DNA of 64,000 nt. It comes from the human T2T-CHM13v2.0 reference genome, Homo sapiens. Positions 13,800 through 30,594 of the stretch are shown piece after piece. The notes under the pieces were generated by a model. It worked only from the letters and a program-made list of their open reading frames with translations. It did no database searches and was not told the DNA's origin. The stretch lies in NCBI RefSeq assembly GCF_009914755.1, contig NC_060926.1; one strand, given 5' to 3'. Each line of letters starts with the position of its first letter. Positions within the stretch are counted from its first letter, which is position 1. Made by a program: the position numbers and the translations under genes.

Positions 13800-14175
13800 T
13801 TTTGAGAAGATTTACTCATTCCTGCCACGTGGCTACTGGCTGGGTTTGGAAAATGGGTGGCAGTAGCAGGAGTCGGAAGTGCAGCGAGAGAAAGAGGTCA
13901 AGTAGGTATCATTCCTAGCCCTCTTTCCTGTCATTCTGACAGTGGCTGCATCCCACAGGACAAATCATCTCAGATGGCCATTCCTTTTCCATGGAAATGG
14001 ACTCTACGGATCCAGTCCCGTCTTCTGTCATGTGAGGCCTAGGAGTGGGTGGTAAGTGGCTTTCTGTTGTTGCCAGTCTGTCGGGCTCCACTACCCTTAC
14101 CTATACCCAAATCTCTTGAATAGCCCCTCAATTATTCTATTCATTTTGACCTTCAAGCTTGGCAACTGTTTCCTA
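13800..14175. mobile_element. Ancient ERVL-class LTR (LTR33-like)
   Basis: GC-richer block with AGAGGTCAAGTAGGTATCATTCC, GACAGTGGCTGCATCCC, GGCTTTCTGTTGTTGCCAG; assignment tentative. Confidence 0.45.
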
Positions 14176-15273
14176 TGGGGTACTCAATGCTACGGTACTC
14201 TGTATACTCTTTTTGATAATTCTTCGAGATAAACCATTTATTATTTTTGTCTTCTCCTAAAATAAAATTAATTTTAACTGTTATTATAATTTTATTAATT
14301 ACACATGAATGTGACTGAAGAAAACCCACATTTAACCTCTCTTATCAACCCATTCACTTATAAAGCTCTAGTATGGTTCTCCTTTTATTCAAATATGCAT
14401 GTTTTCTCTCAACAAAAATTTCTGCCTATGTTTCACCGAGACAATGTTTTAGATAGTTTTATGTCTCTACATTTCTTATTGCGGTTGAGAATTGGATTTC
14501 GTTAAATTTTGTTTTCGAACTTATGATTTCTGGCATAATGTCACACTGTTTTGTATAACTGTATTGTATGCAGTCACTTCCAATTGCTTTATGAAATCGT
14601 TTTATGTAAAATAATTATAATTTTATTTTTTATATTTGTTTCTGTATCATGTATACACAGGCTGGAATTTAAACAGTGATGTTTAATGTAAATGCTTCAC
14701 AATGCTTGAAAGAAGAAGCCTAATCTCACCATACTAGAGCTTCCCTAGAAGTGGGAGCTTCTGCTTTCCACAAAATCAAGATTTTTCTATAATTTTCAAT
14801 AATCTTTTTATTGCTTTTCATGAGAGCAATTGGGGAACAGCAGTTGGGAAAAACAATAAGACCTTCATATTCTTTGAGCCATGTTTCCCAGAGGACAGGA
14901 CTACCATATTGAGATTGCTAAAGCATCGGTCTATAAAGCAGACAATGATCTCTGTGCAGCTGGCTGTTAAGTATACTTAGACTCTACATTGTGACCTAGA
15001 TTCTCCACAGACAGATGCCATGATATTGATTCAAGATGAGACAGTAAGATGTCCCTTATTTTGGCACTGGGCCTCAGGCACACATTCCAAACCAGTTTAA
15101 ACTTGGCCATCCATTTTTCTTTGAGAAACTTTATTCAAAGATGTAACAGCCAGTGCACATTTTACTCATTGTATTTATTTTCTTCAAAAACACTACTCTA
15201 ACCACAGAGAAGTAGTAACTAACATATTCCAACACACAGTTGTATTATGTTTCTGATATTAAGAGAAAGGACT

Positions 15274-15701
<428 letters not shown>

Positions 15702-17349
15702 CTATTCTGCTTTACAAAAAATGCATGATCTCTCACATCAGAAGCTTCACGGTTTTGCACATTTACTCTCTCTATATATATATATCTATATTCTAACTCC
15801 ATCTGCCTGACATGCCATCTCTGATATTTCTGAACTCATTTGTTTTCAAAATTCTGTCTTGAAGCATTCATTAATTATTCTGTTATGATAACATTCTGAA
15901 TCACATTGAAATTCCAGTGAAATCTTGTTTAAGCCAACTCATGGTAATAACAAGTAAAACAATTATAATGTCTAAAATATATTAAATTCTTAGCATGATT
16001 GAAGTACTAGGCCAAACGTTGCCCTATATGTAGTCACAAACATATATGTGCATCATATGCAAATATACACACAGATTATATATTGACATTATATTTGTAA
16101 GGTAGATATGTTTTCATTTCTATTTTGAAAAAATAGAAACTTAGATCAAGATATTAACATTAAATCATTTGTTTATTGGTCAACACAAATGAAGTTTAAG
16201 AGGTCTTTTTCCATTTTTCTAATCCTAAAAAATTAATTTTTACTTTATATGCAAATGGAAAGCCTTCAATGCATTTTCTTCACACACTACCCAGCCTGGA
16301 AAATATTTGTTATAACAATATGCAAAATCCCATTTGAGGAATTTGAAATGACTGGTGATATGTGAATTGGACTGGAGAGGTAAGGATAGAGTAGAGAATA
16401 TCACTGCAGATAGCAAGGACAGATGCAATAAAATTTAATCTCTGCATTTACTTGTAAAATATTTCATTTTTATCTGTTACTTTGTGAAAGAGGTTAAGAA
16501 GGCAGAAGGCGCGAACCTTGTTGACTGCACTGAAGGGAAAGAAAAATGGACAGAGGGTGCACTCACTGCTGTCTCCAGAGACAAAAGGAGCAAACATGCT
16601 CTGGCATAACCCTTAAGAAAGTGCACTAAGGGAAGACAATTATGCAAAAGTGATCAAAAACAAAGTACTCTCTAATAGTGGCATTTCCTCTGGAATTTTG
16701 TAGACAGAGATATTATTTTGACAGAGAAGACTATCCTGGTATCCCTGAAATCAAACATGTAGGGTAATTTTATATGTAAATGTAATTATAGATGAATTAA
16801 ACCAGTCATGTGCACAAAGAATTTTAGGGTAATACTGGCTGGAGATTGTCTGTAAAGCTGGCTGGGCAGATTCCCGGGTTGCCAGTGTATGAAGCAATTT
16901 TCACGATTTAGCAACACATCAATCACCGTTGCTGTTCCTCGAATTCCAAAGGTTGCTGGCCAAATGATAGATGACTTATCAAGATGATCTTTGGCTTCCA
17001 CTTTTATCTCATTTTTGTTCCCCTGGACATTGAACTCTATTCCCTAAATTCTGTCTTTATGGCAATTTTTTGAAACTTTTTGAGTATTACAAATCAGACA
17101 AACATGAAATAGTTGAGCATTGTAGACTCTTAATGGAAATTCAAAAATAAATTTTCATGAAAGCTATACCTCCCTCCTGATATAGCATTAATAATTATAA
17201 CTTAAATGATTTCCTTTTAGGACACTAAAATGTTTGAGGTGAGAAGTCAAAACATTTACTCTTGTATTTATGAAGTGAACAGAAATATTGGTCCTTAACA
17301 GTTTGGTTGTACAGGCATTGTCATCTGTTTAGGTAGTTTGTCATGATGA

Positions 17350-18965
<1,616 letters not shown>

Positions 18966-21900
18966 ACGGCTAAAGGACATGTGAACCTGTTTTAAGAGTC
19001 AGAAAAGAGAGTTTATTCTGAAATCTGTGTTTTCAAAATGGAGTTTCTTATACTTTGCAATCTCTGAGCATCTAGTTATAAATATTTTTCTTTCTTTCTA
19101 CTCGTATATTGACAATATAAAAGCCCAGAATTCAACTGTTGATAACTGTGAAGCAAATTTTATAGTTGACTTGGCTCTCATGGCCAGGGATGATCTTAGC
19201 AATCTAACCAAGCATAACATAACCTCGATATTTGTAGACATGAATTCAGTTCATGCATACATCCTTTCTTTTACAATTAAGGAAAAATTATAATTTAATA
19301 CTGTTCTAATTCACGTAATGACTATTCTTCTAATATAGACATTTTAAAAATTCAGAATGCATGTTCTATGGTGTTTCAGACAGGTTTTACTTTTCTCTAT
19401 AGTCCTAGTGAAATATGGTGGCAGAAGATAAAAGAGTTCTATATGTGATACCCTGGGCCCAAGGTATACAAAAGTCTCTTATCTAGTGTGATTGCCAAGA
19501 TTTTAGGGCCACATCCGACTAAAATCTATCCCGGTCTGACTTTTTTTATTATTAGAAGTAACAACAAAATCTGTTACTTCAGAAAGCCTCAGTTGAAATT
19601 ACAAGTAGTAGCTAAGGAAAGTTCTCCAGACACTTTCCATCAACATGAGAGTATGAAACAGGGAAGATCTGAGTGGGAAACTGGAGAGTGAAAGGAGTGA
19701 GACTCTCATGCAGGGGGAAGGTAAATTAGCCAGCACTGAGCAGCGGGGTTTCCAAGGATGCTAGGCCATTAATGGTCTTTTTATAAATTATTAAATTTTT
19801 AAATATGACGAATGGAAGTCATGAATCAGAAGTTGATAAATTATTGTAGTTATAGTTCCAAATTTTGAAATTTCTGTCTAGGTTTACTAACAAAACAGCC
19901 AGTATGTTTCTAATTTAGAAGACAAAAGATAGACACATTCACCATAAGAACAGCTATTGTTTGGGTTTTTCTAGTTAATTACTAATTTCCTCACTTTGAA
20001 GAGACAACAAAGAGCTTCTCTGTTCTGACCTAGTGAGAACTTACTCATAGAATACAGATTTATCACACATAAGGAAATGTAAAGTAAGCTTTATGGTATT
20101 GCCACCTCCTGGTCCAAGAACAGAGAATAAAATTGTATTTAGTGCAAAAAAGAATTGTAGCTTTTACTACCATATAGAGAGAGCAAGCCCCTAGCAGGGA
20201 CGAAGTGAGCATGCTTTCCTAGATTTGGCAGACCTTGGGGAATGGTGAGTCAACTGAGACCAGTCAGGATGGACAATAGAAATCCCACAGTGGGTTCCAG
20301 CAAGTACAAGAAAATAGAAGTGAATGTGTTTCCATTCATTATTATAAAATCTATTACTTCAGATTAAACTGAGAAGAGAATTAAAGAACTTCACTTACAT
20401 GGGATTGACTGGGTGTTGTTTTAACTCTTACCTACAGCAGAAAATTCCCAACCCTCACTGCTCAAGCATAGACCACCCTTCACTTGCCTCAAACACAATC
20501 ACTAAACAACCATTCATACTCTTATTTTAACGTTCCATTTGCCTCTAAATTAAACAAAGACAAGAACATCATTGTAGCATCCTGTGTACATTTTAGGACC
20601 AATGAGCTTCATCAAATTTAAGATAAAAGTTGGCAATCAAATATACTAAAAGAAAATCATTACCAAGGGGCCTTTGCTAGGAGGGAGCAGGTGCTCTCAG
20701 GGTAGACTATGGATGCAGAACTCCAATGGCGATAGTCATCAGTGGTCAAGTCCAGGCCCTAAATATTTCCTAGGCAATGTTGCAGATGAAATATATGCCT
20801 CATTTCCCTTGTCCTAACAGATGAATTTCTAGCCACCAAATGCCACAGCCAACTCTTGATTTTTTTTCATCATGCTTAATGACTTCAAACCTTGAAATTA
20901 AAAGTCAGTGCCATTGTTTTGGGTGTTTTATATATATATATTTTTTTGGGAATCAGATTTAGAAGGCAATCTGATTTAACATACCTCCTACCATTGCTGG
21001 TTTAGAGTCATCAGTTTGAAGCCAAACCTGGACATGTGTAGCTGACTCTGATTGGAATATAGAAGTCATGCTAAGGGCAACAGCATTTCTAACCTTGTTT
21101 CCCAATCTCAACCCAGGTGTCCAGAGAAGACCCTGCCAATTCCAATCTTACTGTTTCAAAACAGAGATTTGGCCCTTATAAGTACCACCAAATCTAGCTG
21201 CCCCTCCAAATAGGGTTCTATTTTCCTGTTATATAGTTGCAAACAGCTGTTAGGCAGATTTGTTTCAGGCAATGGCATAAATCATTTTTCTTAGTTTAAA
21301 AAGCACTTAAGTTCTTAAATCTTTTGTTCAGGAAGAAAGTCTAAGCCTTTAAGAAAACCTTCTGGTTTAAGTTAGTATGTTTGAAATCATGAGCTCTGAT
21401 GCCTTCTGGAGAAAAATAAAATAAAATAAGAATATGTTTGGAATCTAAGATCCATGAAAATAAACATGTTAAAGTCTTTCGTTTTTACAGTTATAAATGT
21501 AAGAGATCAATAAACATTTCAATTCATTTATAAGTAAATCAAAATGTTTATTGATCCCTTAGTTGAAATTTGAAATTTTAATTTTTGAAAGTCGTATTTA
21601 ATTTAGGGTATCCATGGAGACATCAATACATGTAGCTGTCAGTGTTCTATGCAAAATAAAAGTATGTTTGGATAGAAACCATATAGATAATAACAACAGC
21701 TCTCTATTATTATTAGTTTAACTCAATAGGCCGGCTACTTTCAGTCCATTTATTAGAAAAAATCTCATAACTACTCTCTGCATAGTAGGTTGAAGCACAT
21801 TAAATTGTAACATTTCAACATTTTTTTTCAAAAACAGCAATTTCATAAAGGTCCAATTTAATAGCTATTCCAGGCTCTATTTTGCTGAAGAGAAAAGTGA

Positions 21901-23380
21901 GGACTAAGAGGTTAAGTAATATGCTCCAAAAAATAAAAAGCCTGCGGTTAGCAAAAATGGTGCTCAAAACAGTCTCTCTTAAGTTCAGACTTCAGTAACT
22001 TGAGGGTCTACTGACTTGAGGTTCAAGCCTGAGAGTCTATTGATTTCAGGATCCTCAAATCGCCATTGTTTTTTTCAATCAGTTCAGTTTGGCAAACTGC
22101 CTAAGAGTCATAAATGAAAGTAAGATTTTTTTCTTACTCTGTATAATACATGCACTCAGGCTTTTTGAGCTTGACTTTGAGTACAGAACCAATCTTTTAG
22201 GACCAGAGAAAGAAAATCACGTATTCCCAAATAAATCAGGCAGAAGGCTTCTTGGTTCTAGGTGCCACTTTGAGCTGGGTTTTTAAAACCAGATAGGGGT
22301 TTGCAGTGCTGGAGAGGAGGGGAGTTCCTGCTTGGTGCACCTGCTTGTGCAAGTGTTATTGTAATCTGATATGAATAGCATCACAATTAGCTTCTGTGAT
22401 GCAGACCTTTGGTTTTTCATATGTCTCTCTTTCCCTCTTTCTCCAGACAATCCCATCCAAAGTCCCCACTGCTGGTTCCCTTTTGGCCTGTTTCTATATC
22501 ACTATAGTAAAATGTGACAAAATCCAAATACTTTCAATCAAACAAGTCATATGACCAAGTAATGCACATTATAAGAGGAAGCATTATGAACAATCAAAGC
22601 TTTAATAATAGCTCTAGACATTTCTAGTCTTTCAAACAAAATAAAAAAATAAAATCAGCTAAGTTTACCTTTTTACAAAACTTCATACTCACTTAAGATC
22701 GTTTTGATTTTATGACCAACCACAAAATATATAATTCTTTGTGGGCCATGAGAAGGTTTAGGCTGTCATGAAACAAAATATATAGCTACTAAAAATGGGA
22801 TTGCCATATGATTTAATATATAACCTGGGATCTGAGAAAGTTAACTCTATTTGTTTCTTTAGTTGTGATCTCTGAGCCAGTGCCAATGAAGTGAGAGCAG
22901 ATTTCCCAAATAGTGTTTGTAACATGATGCTGTTCAGAAGACATTAACAAGTGTTCTGTGTAGGAAAAAATATGGCCCATATGTTTGGCAAATACCAAAT
23001 AACTCATTCCCCTGTGGCAGATCCCTATTACATGACATATGAAAGTCTTTGAAATTTCCCAGGGGTGAAATAACCTATGCAACATTTTAAACTTATTGTA
23101 CTACAAACCTATCCCCAAATTTTCTCTGACCTTGGCATAGTTCCCCCCCCCACACACACAAAAGATCTATTCAGATGTGCTGCAACACTACTGTTCAGCA
23201 GACCTCATTTTGAGTGGCATTGACTTAGAGGAGGAAGATCTGAATCAGGATCAATCAGAATATTTATTAAGCAATTATTATGCTAAAAGCACTCTGCTTC
23301 ATGCTCTTTGTGAAACATGCATATGAGAAAAAAATTACTGCCCCGACCTTGTTTACTTTCTCAGCAGAACAGTTAGACAT

Positions 23381-23767
23381 TATTAGGGGTTGAAATGTGT
23401 TCTCACAAAAGACGTTGAAGTCTTAACCCCCAGTGTCTGGTGCTGTGACCTTTGGAAATAGTCTGAGGTCATTAGAATGGACCCAGATCCAACATATAAA
23501 GGCAAAATTTGAACACAGGGACACACACACACAGGTAAAAACACCATGTGAAGGTTGGAATTATGCTGCCACACGCTAAGAAATGATCAGAAGCTAGGTG
23601 AGAAGCCTGGAACAAGTTCTCCCCAAGCACCTTCAGAGGGAGCATGGCCAAGCCAGCAATACATTGATCTCAGAATTCTAGCCTCCAGCACTGTGAGACA
23701 ATACATTTCTGTGGTTGAACACCCAGTTTGTGGTATTTTGTTTCAGCAGCCCCAAGAAATGAATACA
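23381..23767 (+). mobile_element. MaLR solo LTR, MLT1A/B/C-like
   Basis: CCTTCAGAGGGAGCATGGCC, GCCTCCAGCACTGTGAGACAATACATTTCT, ends AATACA; perfect 5-bp TSD GACAT (23376-23380, 23768-23772). Confidence 0.88.
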
Positions 23768-23969
23768 GACATATTCACAAAATAGCAGCTAGTCATGTGG
23801 CTCATTATTTAAACATCAAATGACTAGTACAGGTAATGTTCATTAAAGGAGTTCAGAGGAAGTAAGACAGTATGAAGTCTAAACATGAAGAGAAAACTGA
23901 GTAACTGAGAAAGAGAGGAAGATGCTGCTGGTTGACTACTAATAATTCAATCTCATTCTGAAAAAAAAA

Positions 23970-24085
23970 TTACTATGGAAAGTGATGGATATCTTAAATT
24001 GCTTACTTGTAGTAATCATTTCTCTACGAATATGTATATCAAAACATCATACTTGTATACTTTAAATTTATACAATACAAATTAA
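23970..24085 (+). mobile_element. Short L1MA/MB terminal fragment
   Basis: GTGATGGATATCTTAA...GTAATCATTTC...ATGTATATCAAAACATCA...TTAAATTTATACAAT. Confidence 0.65.
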
Positions 24086-24137
24086 TTATTTAATTAATTA
24101 TAAAAACTCTCCACTTCATCCTGTTTTTCTCACTGAC

Positions 24138-24510
24138 CAATATGGTTTGACTGTGTCCCCACCCAAATCTCATCTTGAACTGTAGTTTCCATAATCCCCA
24201 CTTGTTGTGAGAGGGACCCAGTGGGAGGTAATTGAATCATGGGAGTGGTTTCCCTCATGCTATTCTCATGATAGTAAGTTCTCACAAGATCTGATGGTTT
24301 TATAAGGGTATTCCCCCTTCACTGGCTCTCATTCTTCTCCCTCCTGCCACCTTGTGAAAAAAGATGTGTTTGCTTCCCCTTCCGCCATGATTGTAAGTTT
24401 CCTGAGGCCTCCCCAGCCCTGTAGAACTGTGAGTTAATCAAACTTCTTTCCTTTATAAATTACCCAGTCACAGGTATGTCCTTATAGCAGCGTGAGAATG
24501 GACTAATGCA
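24138..24510 (+). mobile_element. MaLR solo LTR, THE1C-like
   Basis: ATATGGTTTGACTGTGTCCCCACCCAAATCTC...GGACTAATGCA; perfect 5-bp TSD CTGAC (24133-24137, 24511-24515). Confidence 0.95.
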
Positions 24511-24515
24511 CTGAC

Positions 24516-24955
24516 TGAACCTGTCTTCTAGGATAAATATTGAAAACAGCAGAATTTTGTCTTTCTACCCTCCCCTCTTGCAGCAAGAGAAATGGATGTG
24601 ACCCAGTGCTGGTCAATGGGAACTGACAAAGTTTGCAGGGGGTTCCTGGAAAATTTTCCTCCCCAGTTAAGAGACACCTGAAGAGAATGCCACATTTCTT
24701 TTTCATTGTATGTGATTATATTTAAGTGAAGCTGGAATGTCTATGTTCAGTGTTCTTCCACGGGGGAAGAAATTGGTGAAAGACCAAGGGTAGCAGGTAC
24801 AGAAGCATCAGGGTTTATAAAAATGTCAGTGTGCCATTGCCCCAACTCTCAACACACCTTTTATACAGACTCCTTATACATAAGCTAATATAATTCTTTA
24901 GCAGTTTTAGTTAAACATTATGCTATTTGCAGGGATAAAGATAATTCTGAATGAC
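24516..24955 (+). mobile_element. Old MLT1 (J/K-like) LTR remnant
   Basis: CCTCCCCTCTTGCAGC...ATGTGACCCAGTGCTGGTCAATG and CAGACTCCTTATACAT...TGCTATTTGCAG; highly diverged. Confidence 0.45.
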
Positions 24956-25283
24956 GAGAAAGAAAAGGAGAAACAGAAGGGTAAAAGAACGACATGATCA
25001 CAGATGTAGAGTCACGGTACTTAATCTATTCTCAGGGCTCATCTCAACATTGTTAAAAACCTTTTCTATTCAAGGATTTTACTTGAATACTATGTCATCC
25101 TCTAGGCCTTAACTGATTTGCATTCCTCCTTTGTTTGAACTAATATCCTGTCTTCCAACTGAGTTGCCAAATTACCTAATCTCTATCTTCTGAAAACATA
25201 ATTTATTCTGTCCCTATGTTGTGGTTGCTGATACACAACTTCCTAGTTCAACTGCCTACAGTTTTACACCGCATCACTGAGCA

Positions 25284-25985
25284 TGTTACCCGTTGGGAAT
25301 CCATCCAGGTATGCACCAACCTCAATTCTTGCCTCCTCAGAAGAAAGAATTCACCTGAGGGCCATAAAGCAAAAGGGGAGATGGAGGCAAGTTTTAGAGC
25401 AAGAGTGAAAGTTTATTAAAAAGCTTTAGAGCAGGAACAAAAGGAAGAAATGTGAACTTGGAAGAGGGACAAGTGGGTGACTTGAAGGACAAGTGCACAG
25501 TTTTACCTTTTGATGTAGGGTTTTATGTGTTGGCATATTTCTCGGGTCTTGCATCCCTTCTCCACTGATTTTTCCCTTAGAGTGTGCTGTCTGCATGTGC
25601 AATGATCAGCTAGTGCTTGGGAGGGGAGCATGCGCAGTGTTTACTGGAGTTGTACTCATGCTCATTGAAGGCGTTCTTCCCTTTACTGGTGGAATGGCCC
25701 TGGAAGGTCATATACCAGTTTAAGTCTGCCATTTTGCCTTTTAATGTACATGCTTAAGCCTTTTCACCCAACTCATGAGATCTTCTTCAGGAAGCTGCTG
25801 ATCAGCATTTTCGGGTATTTCCTAACTATAGGGAGACTGCCTTTCCCTGGTGCTGGCTGCAACCAATTATTTTAGAAAGAGAGTTAACAACTGCCTGGCC
25901 ATCACCTGATGGTCGCCTGACATGGCTGGTTGTGGCAGAGGCTTCTTCTGTCCTGCTTATGTTTGCCTAACTCTCTACTATAACA
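25284..25985 (-). mobile_element. ERV1 solo LTR, MER50-like
   Basis: Reverse complement starts TGTTATAGTAGAGAGTTAGGCAAACATAAGCAGG; CCTCAATTCTTGCCTCCTCAGAAGAAAGAATTC block; near-TSD AGCA/AGAA. Confidence 0.88.
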
Positions 25986-27919
25986 AGAACAGGCACATGA
26001 TGCCATGCAGGAACTCAACCAATTCACATTGTATGAATGCACGGATGAATGAATAAGAATAAATGGGTGCCTCTACTGCTTCAGTCACATAGTTCTATAC
26101 AAAAGTATCTAAATCCAGATGATTTTTTCTGTTGTTTTCATGCTAGGTACACTCTTAAGTATTGAGGATACAGCACTGATTTGTGGTACTATGCACAAAG
26201 GAAGGCCACTGAGTACCTCTGACAGGATTAACTTGATCAGATTTTGGCAGAAGTGTTGAGCATGGAATAGGAATTGTTTAGGAGAAAGTTATGAACAAGT
26301 GACTCTGTAATAGCACTGGTCATAGAGGATGGAATTTTGCTGAAATCAGTAAAAAGGGTCCTAAGAATAACAACAAAGAGATGGAAGAGGTAACATGAAG
26401 TTGATGAATACTTGAAGACATGTACGAGTCTGCAATTTTATATAGATTTTTGGCTCAGGTTATTAGCCAGTGAAGAGGTAAGATGTGAAGTAGACCAGAG
26501 AAATCAGAGTTTTTGTTGTTATTATTTTAATAGGGAAGACATCAAGATCAATTTTGGAGATTCTCTGTCTCCGTGCTAATCTGAGGGTAGAGCAGTACAT
26601 TGCTTGTCTTGCAAGTCTGAACATGGAGGGAAATGTACCACACTATTATCCTTCATGTGAAAGATGGGAACTTATCACAGGATCCAAAGCAACACTGACT
26701 TGGGCACATTATTATCTGAATATTATGTGAAAGACACTTTTAAATTTATTAGGATTATGTTAAAGGAAACATAAATCCACTGAAAGATAGTGATGTTTTA
26801 TATTTTTAAGGAATTTTGTTTCACTACACTATAGACAACATGATGCTGATAAATGTATGGAATCATAGAAACTATGCTTTGTTATCAATTTTATGGCATA
26901 AAGTTAGAGCTCTTTCTTAGAAAATATGCAAAACAAATTCTCTCCTAATGGCCTCAATAGAAAAAAACACACAGATATCTCTACAGTATCACATTGCTAG
27001 TATTATAACTAAAGGTCAGTTGTCATATTTACTATCATATCTGATATTTCAAGGGTTTATAGCTTATCAAATCACATCTGGCAGAAACTTGCTCTGAGGC
27101 TTTTCAGCTTGGTTTAAAAAGGTTTTTATTCTGTGAAATATGTACTATGGTAAATTTTATAAAGATAATAATTTTGTCAAAAATTTGGAGAAATTTTGGA
27201 GATAACTTTTCTCCCTGCTTTTAAAACACAAACCTGGGAGGGATATCTTGCACAAATACTTAATTAATTTTAGCATTTGGCACTGCAAAGTTAGATTTGC
27301 CTATTTACAACTAATTCTTGGGACATCATCTGCTAATGCCATTATTGTGGCAATGTTGGCAAAACTTGGAATGTTGTCATTTACATTATTTCTAAAGAAG
27401 CAGTGTGTTTGGATAACACACAGTAAATAGAATAGTACTCAGATGATGCAAACTAAAATACAATATTTTTAAAAAATAAAATCCCTTGATATCGTGTTTT
27501 TCATTTTTTAGGTGATACAGAGTAAGAGGGAGATGACATGCTGAATTCAGAAGGCCAGGATAAAAGAACTGGATTAGTCATCTAGTATAAGTCACTACAT
27601 AAATTAAATATAATCTAACCTGGGTAACAGGTCTGAAAATATCCATGAAGGGTTAAGTGCTTAAAACCTGAAATTTGACATGCAGAATTGAAACACAGCA
27701 TAGACCCTGAGTGGAGACAAGCACCACAGTAGCACAGTCCATAAGTAAGGCAGGTTTCAGCAGAAACTTACAAGTGAGTAGCAGCAAAATACTCACGGTT
27801 TCCTGAGCCCTCATCCTCTCACGAAGCAGAATGATCCAGGAGAATGTCCCTTATTCCTGGGCTGTTTCACAAATCAAGCAGGAACCTGAAAGGAACAGGG
27901 TCACTATCACTTTACTTCA

Positions 27920-30540
27920 CTCTTTATCCTTTTCTTTTTTGCTTTTCAGACTCTATAATTTCAAGTGACCTATCTTCATGTTTGCTTTTTTTTTTTTAAT
28001 TCTGATTGTTGGAATCTGCTGTATTAAACTTGAAATTCAATTATCTTATTGCCAGCTCTAGAATTTCTTTTTTGTTCTTTGTGAAAATAATTTCTGTCTC
28101 TTTGTTGATATTCTTGAATTGTTTATATCTCAGTTTGTCTCATTTTTCTTTAACTGTCTATTCATGATTTTCTTTATCTCATTGAGCAAATTTATGACAG
28201 CTATTTAAAGTTATTGTCAAGTAAATCTGAAACCTGTGTTTCTTTAGGGTTGGTTTCTGGAGATTTATTTTGTTAATTTGGATAAGTCACATTTCACTGT
28301 TTCTTTGTATGCTTTTGTAGTCTTTTGTTTAAAATTAGACATTTGAAAAAGCAGCTACTTCTAGTCTTTGTAGATTATCTCTATGCAAGAGAAAACTTTC
28401 ACTAAACAACCAGTATGAAAATTCAAGGTCTTTTCAGGTCTTTTCTGGGAACATATCTTTCCTGGGAAATTGTGCATGTGTATGTAATTTCCCAATTCTT
28501 TCATATAGATGATGCTTTTGAATGTGTTATTTTGCTGAAGTGTCTCACCCCTGCCTCTTCTAAGGGTCTTAGATGTTCTATTGTATTCCTCTGTCTACAG
28601 TCTCTTGTCCCCAGGCACTCACAGGTCTGGAGTCCCCTTGCAGCTGTCACACACTGCAGCCCCCAGTATTGCATTCAGTGGTCTCCAACCTCATGCTCAA
28701 ACCATGACAGTATTTCCAATCAATGCTCCCAGTTAGGCAAGATGGAAACCAGTCACTCAAGAAGCCCACAGATAAGCTAGAACATTGCAAACAAGTTCCA
28801 CACTTTTCCTTCTGGTCCTGAGGGAGAAACTGGAAATTGGACAGTTTTCTCCCGACCATGCCTGGCCCCACTGGATAGAAAGGGTGGGATAAGGGTAAGC
28901 AAAAATGCCACACATTTTCTATCATTTTGAATGTGGCCTTTTCTTTGTTGGGGGTTTCTCCTGGTGACTGCAGATTCTTAGCTTGTTTTTAGAGTTCCAC
29001 AAAATTACTTTGGACTGTAATGTTGTTGTTTATTTGATATTTCCATTGTAGAGCAAGAGCCTGGACTTTCCTATTCTACCACCTTGCTTCACTGAATTCT
29101 GGACCATTCATTTTAAAATTCTGTTTTATCACTCCTCTTAAAATAAAATAATTTCTACTTCTATCCTTAAGTTTACTGACCCTTACTTTTTCCATATTCA
29201 AACTACTGCTCAGTCTACCTAACTTGTTAAAATTTTATACATATACATATTCTATTTTAAAAAATCATTTACATATTTTGCTGAGCCTTTTTATCTTTTG
29301 TAGTCTCTGAAAATATTTATAAAAATCTGGTCTAAAATCTTTTTTTTCTTTTTTTGAGATGGAGTCTCGCTCTGTCGCCCAAGCTGGAGTGTAGTGGCGC
29401 GATCTCGGCTCACTGAAAACTCCGCCTCCTGGGTTCACACCATTCTCCTGCCTCAGCCTCCCGAGTAGCTGGGACTACAGGCGCCCGCCACCACACCTGG
29501 CTAATTTTTTTGTAGTTTTAGTAGAGACGGGGTTTCACCGTGTTAGCCAGGATGGTCTCGATCTCCGGACCTCGTGATCCGCCAGCCTTGGCCTCCCAAA
29601 GTGCTGGGATTACAGGTATGAGCCACCGCGCCTGGCTAAATTCTTAATTTTGTAACGCCAACATTTGGTTTATATCAGTGTTTATTTCCATTCACTGTTT
29701 TTTTTCTTAGTTATGGGACACATTTTCCTGTTTCTTTCTATAGCGGACCTTTAGATAGGATCTTAAAGATAATACTTGGTAGAAACTCTAGATTCTCTTC
29801 TTATGAATCATTTTGATTTTTTGTTCTAGCAAATAGGTAAATTACCGACTAATTACCTTACAACTGTAGAGGCTTAGTTTTCTGCTCTGTTATATCTTTC
29901 TCTTTGAGTTGTGCCCTTAATCATATTGTAAACATTATAGCTCAGTAACAGATTTTACTAAAAAAACTTGGTTCTATTTAGGTTTTCACGTTTATTCCAA
30001 GGTGCTAGTTAAGCTGATGTAACTTGGTAGGACACATTCTAAACTCGGATTCTAAAGGGGCTAGCAGTTAAAACTCTCTGCCCAACAGTCGCATCGTTCT
30101 AACTGTTGCTTCATATTAGGCTCATTGAAGTCTCCACTGCACCTGGGTACCTCATCAAACACCAATGAATTTGAAAGGGTTTAAACTAAGCTTTTGAGAC
30201 TCTTCCCTCTGTAGCTCTCTCTTGCCTGGGAATTCACCTGTCTCCCCAAATTTCAACCACTCTGGCATCCCTGAAAAACACTCTCTCCGACCTCATGTCA
30301 ATAAGACTTCATACTTGTATTGGCTTCTAGACATTGGTCAAGGTAAAACTGAGAAATATTCTCAGAAGAAAACCTGAACATAATGTGCATTTCACACAGG
30401 GAAGTTCGTTCCTTCAAAGAGGTAAATTCACTCCAGTCTCCATAGGGTTTAGGCCACTCCATAGTCACTTCAAACAATGTGTGCTTTTAAAATTATTTTG
30501 TTCAAAGTTTATTTTTGTTATTTAAAAGATTGATCTGATT
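27920..30540 (-). mobile_element. Old L1M 5'/ORF1-region fragments (probably two pieces), interrupted by AluY
   Basis: T-rich antisense L1M motifs (CAGCTCTAGAATTTC, TTGTTGATATTCTT, CACATTTTCCTGTTTCTT); boundaries approximate. Confidence 0.55.
29341..29636 (-). mobile_element. AluY
   Basis: Y diagnostics GGGTTCACACCATTCTCC, TTCACCGTGTTAGCCAGGATGGTCTCGATCTCC, CTCGTGATCC; many CpGs retained. Confidence 0.96.
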
Positions 30541-30594
30541 CTAGCTTCTCCACGGTTAATAAAATACATAGCCCATTAAATATCAATTGGACAC

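Noticed and set aside
16117-16139. 10-bp AT-rich hairpin (also a 9-bp stem at 20951-20976)
   Set aside because: Short, low-complexity stems like these are plausible by chance in AT-rich DNA.
27497-27780. Possible non-coding exon (TTTTCATTTTTTAG/G acceptor, CAA/GTGAGT donor)
   Set aside because: Such motif pairs are frequent by chance in 64 kb, and nothing else in the sequence supports an exon; RNA data would be needed.
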